Shown in pieces: positions 1 to 10,129 of a stretch of 11,805 bases of DNA (position 1 is its first letter; every line of letters starts with the position of its first letter). Origin of the DNA: a bacterium (GTDB taxonomy: Bacteria; SAR324; NAC60-12). The position numbers and the translations under genes were made by a program. A model generated the notes under the pieces. That model worked only from the letters and a program-made list of their open reading frames with translations, was not told the DNA's origin and did not search any database. The stretch covers positions 1 to 11,805 of the forward strand of contig CBDDTI010000676.1 of the NCBI GenBank assembly GCA_965233585.1. Reading direction: 5' to 3'.

Positions 1-873
1 ACACCCATATCCCCATAGTGCTATTTATTCCCATCATTATTCTGCCATTTCTTGTTTTAAACTGGTGCTCATCCTGCAAGAAGTTAGTCCAATACGTATG
101 ACAGGTTCTTTCACACCACCTGGTTTTGGATGAATACAAAAGAATAGTCATTATGCATCAATCAATTCCAGCAGTGCCCATCCCCTCCCCCCCTCCCCCC
201 GGGCAACTGCGGGGCATTTGCTCATGCTGTCAGTCCCGGGGTGGGGCATTCGCAATTTTATCGTGGCCCCGAGGGCTGGGCATTAGCATACCCTGGGGTG
301 ACCCTCGGGCATTTGACACACATGTTTTCGAAAGACAGATAAGTTTATCGGGAAGGACAAGGCCTTTGTCATCGAGTGGCTTGTCCATCAGGGACTAGAA
401 AAACTTGTCGATGTTTTAAACGTATGTTTTCTCAATTTTAGATATTTCTTCATTACATATAAGTGACAAGGTGAACTATATTCTGTTTATCACAAAGCAA
501 TCACTGATGTGAACACTGCATGAACACGACTATTTTGCATTTCGCATTCAAAACTAGCCTAGCAATTTTCAAATTCATGAAAGTGGAGTTAAAATGCTGA
601 AGGTTCATGAAGATGTACTGTTGTCCTTGAAGTCTTTGATACCGTTGCCTTAAAATATGGAACAGTTGACCGTTTTATTCACTGATTAATAAAAATGGGC
701 AGAAGTGTTGGAAGGTGACGATACCAAGGGCGGGGCATTTGCCCTCTTTTTTTGCCCCCACCCCAGGGCATTTAAGCAGCCGATGTGTCTCCACCCCGGG
801 GAATTTACCCAATTTTAAAAAAAAAATACTAATGCCCGGAGTTTAGCCCGGGGGGGGGGGGGGCATGGGCACT

Positions 874-1287
<414 letters not shown>

Positions 1288-1577
1288 CACTGCTGGAATT
1301 GACTGATGCATTATGTATGTAGCTACTGTCGTGCGTACTGTAGCTATCAGTGTGCTTTGTAACTCCAACACACTAGAAGTCAATCATATTTAACAGTACC
1401 ATGCATGTTTCTATAGGATCCCATATGAGTTCATAGGGTCTACATTATAGGCTTCAAAATCTCTAATAGACTTGTTCGGTTTGTGGGAAGGTTAAGATGG
1501 TTCCCATTATTTGCTTGTGTCGCAAAGTTTCCTTTTCTTTCCTGAACGAAGTGTATGAATTACTCTATGAACCTAGC

Positions 1578-2312
1578 TAGGCATATGAGCTGGAAGCGGG
1601 AAGAGGGGGGTGGGGGAGCAAGAAGGGGGAAAGGAGCTGCAGCACCCAGGCCAGCTACGGGTCCGGGTTGAAAATTATGCAATTTTTCGTGCAAAACGCT
1701 CATGATTTTGGCAACAACACAGCATTACAAAATAAAAATTTTCTGTTGGCATGATTTCCAAAACTCATAAATAAAGTTTCCAGTCAATTAAACTTACTTT
1801 TATTAGAACTTTTTCTTTTAACAAGTTTTAGATTTTACTACAACGAGACTGCTGATAGAGTTCATTGAGTATGCAAGGTTTGAACATAACTAGTTTTGGA
1901 ATTATAGTAGTTTTATTAGATGTGGCAGCTTTGAACATTTTTGTTTTTCATGCATTTGAGTGTATTGTCATCCCGATCTCAACGCTCACACATTTGGGTA
2001 TTGCATAATTTTTTCAGGCAAGAAGGTCACAAGGTTTGAACATAACTAGTTTTGGAATTATAGTAGTTTAATTAGATGTGGCAGTTTTGAACGTTAATCT
2101 CATACCTTTTTTCACATTTTTATCAGATTTCATCATTGTAATTCAGCTTTTGGCTGCGATTTTAATCAGAATAAACTATCTATTTATTACATCCCCCAAG
2201 CCCTCCACCGCCCCCCCCCCCCCCCCCCCTCCCCACTCGCCCCCAGCGAGCCCAGAAGGCAGGAGATTTTGCAATTCACGTTTGTTGGACGACAAAGATA
2301 CTGATACGCCTA
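1578..2312. mobile_element. Degenerate non-autonomous TIR element (putative)
   Basis: TAGGCATATGAG (1578-1589) and CTGATACGCCTA (2301-2312) are a 10/12 inverted match. A G-rich block (about 1598-1635) is mirrored by a C-rich block (about 2193-2245). No clear target duplication. Confidence 0.4.
1874..2092 (+). repeat. 63-bp direct repeat pair (1874-1936 and 2030-2092)
   Basis: CAAGGTTTGAACATAACTAGTTTTGGAATTATAGTAGTTT(T/A)ATTAGATGTGGCAG(C/T)TTTGAAC, 61/63 identical, offset 156 bp. Confidence 0.95.
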
Positions 2313-2392
2313 AGAGGCTGCATAGGTATCTTATACGTGACACAAGAACTTGAGATTACAAACCTACACTTGAGTGACTTGCTTAAGCTTAC

Positions 2393-2786
2393 CTTTGTCG
2401 ATAAACGAATGGCAACAGCCACCCGCCTGATCGTGTTGTTCTAAAACCAACACCTTCTTCCCGGCCTTTGCCAGAAGGGCTGCAGTGGAAAGACCTCCGA
2501 TACCGCTTCCGATGACGATGGCATCGAGATTCTCGGGAACTTTCCGCGACACGAACCCTTGCTTGAGGACTTTGTCACGCTGTGCCTGGTCCAACTGAAG
2601 GGGCTCCGGTGACCTACGACAGTCCGAGGCAAAAGGGTTTGCCCCGCGTTTGCTGAGCTTTGAACGTATTCTAAAGATGACCAGCGGTATGATCACCGCA
2701 ACAAAGATTGTCAAGGCTATAAAACTGTAGGACAAATTAGCTATAAAAGACACAAGAAACTCCAGAAATTTCTCAACGAGTGCCAT
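2393..2786 (-). CDS. RETSAT: First coding exon of a retinol saturase (all-trans-retinol 13,14-reductase)-like FAD-dependent oxidoreductase (CrtISO/phytoene desaturase superfamily)
   Basis: ATG at 2786 gives [10 protein letters not shown]..., a hydrophobic N-terminal anchor, then [29 protein letters not shown] and the dinucleotide-binding segment [46 protein letters not shown], which matches the RETSAT N-terminus. The exon ends at a canonical donor AAAG|GTAAGC (GT at 2392-2391), 394 nt, phase 1. I did not find the expected next exon (xEFDxGxHY) in the window. Confidence 0.9.
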
Positions 2787-2841
2787 TATTCTTCGCGGGT
2801 GCCTTCGCGGGTTGCTCAATCTCGGGAGTCGTTAAAGATAC

Positions 2842-2860
2842 GCGCGGGGCATCATGGGTC
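2842..2860 (-). promoter_or_regulatory. Staf/ZNF143-like binding site in the RETSAT proximal promoter
   Basis: The minus strand reads GACCCATGATGCCCCGCGC, 14/19 to the Staf consensus TACCCATAATGCATYGCGG. It lies 56-74 bp upstream of the ATG in a CpG-rich patch. Confidence 0.45.
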
Positions 2861-2920
2861 GGAACAGACGTGGCTTCACACGGAAAATTTAAAAATTAAA
2901 CCCGAGACGAGAATTCTGCG

Positions 2921-3177
2921 GAACCGGGAAGTAAAATGACTCAGAATAAAATATTTTTTATCGATCATTTTAAAATAGATTTATTTATATTTTGATTTAT
3001 GATAACTTGCACCTCCCTTAAGTTTAGTTGTTAGTTTAATTTGAAGATTTTAAGTTGACTTCCCGGTCGGCTTCCTCTCTGCAAGTTCATTATGAATATC
3101 ATTTTTTCTTTAATGCACTTAAAGTTGTTGTAACAAAATAAATTATAGTTCTTCTGAGTCATTTTACTTCCCTGTTC
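2921..3177. repeat. Inverted repeat upstream of RETSAT (21-bp perfect core, 25/26 extended)
   Basis: GGGAAGTAAAATGACTCAGAA (2926-2946) is the exact reverse complement of TTCTGAGTCATTTTACTTCCC (3152-3172), around a 205-bp AT-rich spacer. Confidence 0.9.
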
Positions 3178-3472
3178 GATGTTCCGGGGAATAATAGTTT
3201 TACGTTTCATTTCCGCATCAGTTCGGTGGAGGTGCAGTGAGAATTTGAAACTTGTGAATATCATTTTCTGTTACAATTAGATCGATTTCTGTTGTTAAAG
3301 ATATGAACCATGTGATAAAAGCGTACACAAACTTCCCGATTAAATACACAGTGTATTTATAATTATTAATTGCTGCCGCAGCGAGTGAGCCTGAAGCGAA
3401 GGAGCGAGGCAGCTCTCTAATCAGCAGAAGTTTACATTGTAGGGGCTTGCAATTACTTTTTCTTACTAAACT

Positions 3473-3626
3473 CAAGGAATTGCGGTTATGCGCGAATGAA
3501 AGATTTAGGATGCACAGTGGTATGCCCAAGGAATTGTGGTTATGCGCGAATGGAAGATTTAGGATGTACAGTGGTATGCGCAAGGAATTGTGGTTATGCG
3601 CGGATGGAAGATTTAGGATGCGCAGT
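3473..3626. repeat. 54-bp tandem minisatellite, about 2.85 copies
   Basis: Units start CAAGGAATTG(C/T)GGTTATGCGCG at 3473, 3527 and 3581 and differ by only a few substitutions. Confidence 0.95.
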
Positions 3627-4849
3627 ATATCAAAGTCACGTTTAACAAAAGGTCACGAAATTTGATCTGCATCACGTCGAGTATAAGTTTTTGAACATTT
3701 TGCCTTCGTTTGCGTAGTAAAATGTAGAAAGTGGGAAAATGTCACATAGAATAGGGTAGTTTAACATATTGAGAGTCATTGTAATCTTGTTTCGGGGCAA
3801 TCAAAAAAATATTAGGGTCGGCCTTTCGTCACGCACGGATGTTTTCCTGAAAGACCCGCTATTTTCGAAATCTGCGTTAAATTTGGCGCGTTTTGATACA
3901 CATTTGTCGCGGTTCGAAAAATTTTGCTTTCGGCCTTACGGCAGGGAAGTTTGGGAAGTTCGGTTTAAAGCCCTCTTTGTGTCCAGCGCTTTCATTGCCC
4001 GTGTCGCACAAGTGCCAGCTGACCATGAAAGCACGAATGAAGAAGATTTCCGTGGATGTAGCCGAGGCGATAAACCAGTATTTATTGAGGAAATCAACAA
4101 GTAAGGCCCAAGTATTTAACACCAAAGAATCTTCGATTGATTTCATTCGAAGATCTTAAAAACCGGTCGTTTAAGTGATTTTATCTTGTTTTTTTATTAC
4201 TCTGATTTGTTTAGCTATCAGATCTACTCTTTAACAAAAAAAAGAACTGAAGGGGAAGACAAAATTTGCGATTATCTCTCATCCTGGCTGTAAAGACTAT
4301 AAAGCTGGCCATGGAAAATATTCATTCTTTGTTCTAAAGAGTCCTCATAGGGAACATACACCTTTTCAAGCCCGGCGTTAAGAAGGAGAATTGTCCTTAT
4401 CGCAATCACGCCACCCACCTACGATCGTGACCATGCCCTTTTTAAAGTCTTGTACAAGTCAGTTCTTCACTGTTCAGTTCATGGGGTAACTGCTAGCATA
4501 CTTTATATTGTTCTCCCCTTCGGCAACATTATTACCATTTAGGTATACTAGTTATAATATGGTATTTACCAAAAGAACGAGTGCTTTCGCTTGACGATGT
4601 TTTCCAAAACCATTACATGTAAATCCATCCCTAATTGGAGGAGTATTCACCAAGCGTTTCTCGTTGTGAGATTAAGAAAACTGTTCTTGGTCGCATTTTA
4701 TTTTGTTTTTTACTTTAACCGCGCGACCATAGGTCGATAAAGTCATTCTCCTTTTTTTCTCTCGTCAAAGCAGACCGTAGATAGTTTTTCGTGCGGAGAT
4801 AAGTCATTAAAAATCCCCTACATGTACCGTCATCATGGGTGCTTGTCTA

Positions 4850-4889
4850 AAATCAAATCGCCTTGGGCGAAAGTCGACCGATTTGATTT
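4850..4889. repeat. Hairpin with a perfect 11-bp stem
   Basis: AAATCAAATCG (4850-4860) pairs with CGATTTGATTT (4879-4889). The 18-nt loop contains GGC-GAAA-GTC. Confidence 0.8.
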
Positions 4890-7889
4890 CGAGGCTTCAT
4901 GGGATGGGCTTCGTTCGCTGGCCTACGCGAGCGTAAAACCTCTGGCAACGCCACGGCTCCATCTCCCGTTTCCGGTTTAATGTGATGCGGCCAAAGCCGC
5001 GAGATGAAAAATGTACCAGTTTATTTAAAAACTATTGCCAAGGGAATTAAGAGGCAATCAGTGGTCTCTGAAGTAATACTTTGCCTGTTATGTAAACGAT
5101 GTAATGAAAACTTGAATGTGCTTATTATTAATTGCTTGTTGTGCGCGAGAAATTCACACATTTGATACGAAATTCAAAATTAACGATGCAATTTTCTGTG
5201 TCCAAGCACGCCTCGATTTCATAATCATTTTCAAATTCTAAACCTAACGGTTTAGATCAGTTTTAGCTGTATATACTTTGTGCCAGGCTCGCCGGCTTTT
5301 ACCACTGCAAGCGAAGATTTAAAAAGATACAGCGAGATTTCGTTACACATTGAGCAAGATCGCCATTTCACGGAAACAAGTTTCTTGAAGCCACGAGACT
5401 GAAAGTTCGGTTGACAAGACGGCAACGTTCCTTCAAACGATTTGATTCACGTACGAGCATTACTGGACTCTGTGCTTCTCCGCACCACATCGGAACATTT
5501 CAACTGTACTAATCTTTAGTACGAGCGAATGACAAACAGGAGTAAACGGTGCTAAACGATGTAATGTGCCTCACAATTCGTTCTTCACTACTGCATATGA
5601 TCGAGAGATTTAGATACAGTCACCACATTAAAGTATGCGGAGACAGATACTCAGAAAAGAGGCAGGGCAATGGAAAAAAAAGCCTCCTTAGCGATAAGTA
5701 AGAATTTCTCATTTTTATAGACTTATATAATCACCAAATAGATTAAGCTTTATTGTAGGATCATTTCTGGTCATTTTACGGATCATACCAGTGATATTTA
5801 ACTGAAAAGGTTAAAAAGATCTCTTAAGAAAGTAACTCTCAGTGGCTTTCCCGCTCAACAACAATTTACCGATGCCAGCAAAAACTCGATGTTAAATCGT
5901 CAACACCAGTTCCAAGGAACAATGATGTGAAACTTATATTTTAATGTTTCGTTAGAAATCAAGCTAAGCGTGTGGAAAGCTGTTACTTTATCCGAGGCTT
6001 TATCCTGCAACATTTACTGTTACACTCTTCTTAAATTAGTTTAATTTTTCACCTGAAAAACTCTTTCTGATAAGAGACGAAGAGACCTAGTTTTCCTTTT
6101 TGAATTGAAGGGCTGATTACTGTGGAGTGCGTACCTAACATGCATATTGGTGTAGCAACAGTCTACTGATTATAACCCTGGTTTAGCTGAGGTCGTTGAG
6201 GCTTAAAGAAATGTCCGCGAAGAGCTGAAGGCAAGGAAACGTCAGGGAAATTTGAGAAAACCTTTACGTGAGATGGCAAGCGGAAAAGTCTTTCCTGAGA
6301 ACAACCCGGCTGTGAACCAATTCTGCTAACGACAGGATGAGTAAATTAGGCCATAGTGATCGATTGCCTCTTAGAAAATCCGAGATCAGCGCTAATACAT
6401 GCGACATAATAAGTTGTCTAATTTGAAACTGGAATGATCGCAGACGGCAATCAAGCATTCCTAAGCTGGGTGGAGAGTCTCGCGCGCTCTTCTCAGTACT
6501 TGCTTTACTTTCACGTCCAGAGGTGTGGTTGCAGTCGAGAAGTCGACTAGGTATTCCGTGCCGTGTAATTTGGAACCTACCCTATTGGACACAGCACGCA
6601 GGTATCATGAGTGCCGTGCGTCAATCCACTGGAAACATGAGTCTGGATGGAGTGTCGGAATAGGGTGGTCGATATCCAATCGGGCCTGTACTCATCTCAG
6701 CGCTTCTGGCTCACATGGACCCCCCGAGGACTGTGTCTGTATTCAAGCTGGGTTTGCAGGTTGTCGTTTCTGTTTTTTTTTTCTTTTTCTTTTTCTTTTG
6801 GCAGAAAGAATGATTAAACACTTGATCTGGGGTTTTTCGAGAGCTAGTTTACTTCTCAATAACTTCCCTTTTTCCAATGGAGAAAGGAAGACATGTAAAC
6901 ACACCGACTGGATGATCAACCACGAGTCAGGATCAGATGCATTAACATCTATTTCCTGTTCAGCTTTTGGAGCTTTAAGCAATTCATGTCCTTATACAAC
7001 AATAATGCCATCGGCTATTGAATTAATATTATTTTGTTTTGCCTCTAGAAGCACTAAGAAGGTCAGGAGCAGTTAATAGTCTGTGGAATTAATGCTTCAC
7101 GTGATGCATACCAGGAACAAAGACTGGCCTGGAGTCTTACTTACGTCAGTGTGAACAAGTGTGCTTAAGCAGCGTTTGCATATTGTCTTTCTAGTTTCTG
7201 CATGAAGATGAAATATTTAATTGTTGGGTTAATCGAGAATGAGAAGAACTTCTTCATATGAAAACAAACTTTAAGGATAGTGCTGACGTTTAGCTAAAAT
7301 TTGTGGGGTTGTTAGTTTTAGTTAAGTTACTAATTATTTGCTTTTGTTGTTTCTAAACAGTTTATTGACTTCTCATAAATCACTTAAGACAGGAAGACGT
7401 TGCTTGCTGCATTCTCAGGATGTTATCTATAACGAAGCCCTTGGGATTTCCCGGTCTTTACCAACAAAGAACTTGGCTATATTCAGCCCTCTTGACTTTG
7501 CGCTTAGTCAATAAGTACCTATATTTAATGCTATGTTGAGCTATGTAAAACAATGGGGCATATCTTATTATATGTAAGAACCTGTATGACTTTGTAAGGT
7601 TCTGAATGACAATGTACATGTACTTTTAAGTTATTTTCTGGAATGCAACTAAGCTTAAATTTTAGTTTAATATATGTGGTTATATGAGTTTACTAAGGAC
7701 TTTGTGTCGCTATCAGGAAGATGTAGGGTTCTCATTTATAGGGCTCTATCAGCTCAACTGTATGAAAATGTTTTGTTATGTAGAGATACGTAGGTGTATG
7801 TGTGACTATGTCAATCAATTTAGGTCTTGGAATGCGTGAAAATTAGCTTTCTACGCTATCATTCATTATTTTCCCGTCCGATCTTTCGT

Positions 7890-8275
7890 GACCTTCGGAA
7901 AACTTCGGACATCTTGAACTGGGTAACGTCTCCGAGATAAATGGAAGGTTGTCGAACATCTTCGGTCATCCGACTAATTCGGCAATACGACTTACCTGGC
8001 AAATCGAACATCATCGAAGAAGTCAATAATTAATTCGATAAAAAGAACGTCCTCGGTTACAATCTTCGGTAACCCCTAGGAAAATCTAGCCTTTTCGAAC
8101 ATCTTCGGTCATCCGACAATTTCGGCAAGTCGAGTACTGTCGAAGAAGACAATCTTCGGAAATTCGACTGATTCGGCAAATAGAACATCTTCGGTAACCT
8201 CTGGGAAAATCGGAATTAATTTATCGAATATCTTAGAACTGTCATCCGACTATTTCCGCAAGTCGAGCACTGTCT
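7890..8275. repeat. Degenerate tandem array rich in CTTCGG/TCGAA, three units of about 129-143 bp
   Basis: TCGAACATCTTCGGTCATCCGAC occurs at 7952 and 8095, with a diverged copy at 8224. ATCTTCGGTAACC..GGAAAATC and GCAAGTCGAG(T/C)ACTGTC each occur twice. Confidence 0.8.
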
Positions 8276-8304
8276 GCAGCTTTCGAGTGGTATACCACGG
8301 AATT

Positions 8305-8433
8305 CTGTACGGCTTTCTCCCAGGCCTTCGCGGTCAATTGATTTTGGTGACGTAACTCGTTCCTGTACGGCTTTCTCTCACGTGACCCGAAACGAATGAC
8401 CGAGGCGTAATATGGAGGCCTAGGAACTAGGCA
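8305..8433. mobile_element. Rearranged palindromic MITE-like fragment
   Basis: Inverted arms at 8331-8353 and 8380-8402 (17/23). A 15-bp direct repeat CTGTACGGCTTTCTC occurs at 8305 and 8363. The fragment ends in GGAACTAGGCA. Confidence 0.5.
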
Positions 8434-9003
8434 AGGAATATTCTACGAGACGCTTGCATTTCATTGGTATAAACACTCGTCTGAAAGCTTGTGTTTATAC
8501 CGAAACAAGACGATCTAAGATCGTAGGTCGGGCTACGGGAAGATATGCTGCTACTAGTTTTGACCAGTTACTTGTTTGTCCGAGGCCCTCGTTTGTGGGC
8601 GTGGCATATTTTTTTTGTCCTCACAGGCTTTTCCCCGTTTTCGACCGTTTAGCCTCGTTCGACCGACCCAGGTCTTTCGCATTTTTCAAAAAAAAGTTAT
8701 GAAGAAGGTAATTACACATAATTTGAAAACATTGTCAGTTTACTCTACAATACAGTCAATGTTTGTCATCTTTTTTCGCTGTTCACGTTTGATTTTATCC
8801 ACGTCTTGTCATTTCCAGGCTCCGCATGTTATTATGCCCAGGTACTAGGCCTTCTAGTTCGAGACTTCTTCTCCATTTCTTTTTATGGCGATTTTTCTTT
8901 TCCGACCAACTGACCGACAGACCCAAAATCAGGGAACGCATTCGACAGTAAACAAAAAAGTATAAAATGGCCTTAGAGATTGCACTTCTAAACGACACAC
9001 TAT

Positions 9004-9067
9004 CAACCTCGTTCCTTGGACCTTCTCCATGGCGGTGGGAAGGGAAAAGGCCCTGGGACCAAGGCTG
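9004..9067. mobile_element. 64-bp palindromic MITE with probable 9-10 bp target site duplication
   Basis: The left arm CAACCTCGTTCCTTGGACCTT matches the reverse complement of the right arm, CAGCCTTGGTCCCAGGGCCTT (15/21). Flanks GACACACTAT and AACACACTGT are 8/10 identical. Confidence 0.7.
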
Positions 9068-9319
9068 AACACACTGTGATACATGTTTTGGGTCAGTACT
9101 CTAAAAATTATAGAGCATCTTTTATACTACAAGTAATATTAAAAATATTTTTAAAAAAGGACGTTTAATGGCAGTGTAAATCAACCGACGTTTCTGCATT
9201 ACTGCCTTCTTCGGGGTGTTAATCCGCCACGTGAAATAACGAGTTCGTTATTTGCAATCCGCAACCCTGTGCTGTTTTGAAACTGTTTGTGTGTTCGAAA
9301 ATAAATATTTTTAATATTT

Positions 9320-9383
9320 ACCCTAAAAGGAGAGGAGAGGCGGTCGCTTATGAGAGGTTGCCGCAATCTGAGGTTCGACTGTA
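9320..9383. mobile_element. Solo terminus of a Tc1/mariner (pogo-like) non-autonomous element
   Basis: Ends GAGGTTCGACTG followed by TA, which reads TA-CAGTCGAACCTC on the minus strand, a pogo/Tigger-style terminus. It is preceded by GGTCGCTTATGAGAGG. I found no partner TIR. Confidence 0.45.
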
Positions 9384-9630
9384 TACAGAAATATGCAAGT
9401 TTAAGTGAATTTTCATCTTTTATTTTCAACCATGCAACAAAATTTTACTAACCGTGCACGATATAACTATTAGTGAACCAGACTACTTATTGTTCTACTC
9501 AGCTGATTGTAAATACACCGCAGCCATAAGACAACGTTTAGAAATGCCACATTTCAGTATCGTAGCCAAAATACTTATAACTCAACGGTTAACGCGTGGG
9601 AAGAGTGTCCTCCGATTGTTTGACATTCTA

Positions 9631-10129
9631 GGAGGTGTTCATTGCAAGCTAGAGAACTACGGCTTTCATAAACAAAACTTTGATTACTTTAGATTTTAAC
9701 TCTAATGAAACAATAAACAAGGCTAAAAGAAACGTATTAATGTCTGATATCAACGTCTGATAACGAATACGGAAAAATACAATGATGAAAAACTGCTGTT
9801 GACCTCCAGGTATTCATGGCGATCCAGAGAACAAAGCTTTGATTACTTAAGATTTCAGGTCTATCAAACAATAAACAGGGCTAAAGTAAACGTATCAATG
9901 TCTGATATCAACGTCTGATAACGAGTGCTGCAAAATACCACCTTGGAGGTATTCATAGAGAGTCAGAGAATGACGGCTTTCGTAAACAAAATTTAGATCG
10001 ATTACTATAGATTTCAGGTCTATCGAACAATAAACAGGGCTAAAATAAACTTATCAATGTCTGATATCAACGTCTGATAACAAATACTGAAAAAAAAAAA
10101 AACAATATTGAAAAACTTCTGTTGACCTC
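9631..10129. repeat. Modular tandem array, three copies with 158-159 bp periodicity
   Basis: The identical 26-mer AATGTCTGATATCAACGTCTGATAAC occurs at 9739, 9897 and 10056, each preceded by GATTACT..AGATTT...AACAATAAACA(A/G)GGCTAAA. Confidence 0.95.

Noticed and set aside
126..398. 90-aa plus-strand ORF
   Set aside because: It lies in the GC-rich end of the TIR element, has a non-ATG start, and its prolines come from C runs.
2078..2353. 91-aa ORF with polyproline
   Set aside because: The polyproline is a C homopolymer inside an intronic repeat, and the ORF has a GTG start.
2364..2819. ORF-track boundaries for RETSAT
   Set aside because: The start at 2819 is TTG and the first ATG is at 2786. 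The tail KLKQVTQV is read-through into the intron.
3218..3665. Overlapping ORFs with repeated 18-aa units
   Set aside because: They are a by-product of the 54-bp tandem unit being a multiple of three, and no domain is recognisable.
3769..4159. Three overlapping ORFs of 88-111 aa
   Set aside because: No recognisable motifs, the two plus-strand ORFs start at TTG, and there is no clear splice signal support.
4509..4552. Helitron 3' end (weak hairpin then CTAG-T)
   Set aside because: The hairpin is imperfect and about 20 nt from CTAG, and there is no identifiable 5' end.
8640..8974. CCGAC-motif clusters ending in TGGCCTTA, possibly a DNA transposon remnant
   Set aside because: No matching opposite terminus or target duplication is visible, so it cannot be delimited from this window alone.
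9370..9381. GGTTCGA B-box suggesting a tRNA or SINE
   Set aside because: No A-box or cloverleaf; it is better explained as a TA-flanked transposon terminus.
9631..10129. CRISPR-like look (identical 26-mer at regular spacing)
   Set aside because: The intervals are about 130 bp and homologous to each other, there are no cas genes, and the context is eukaryotic.
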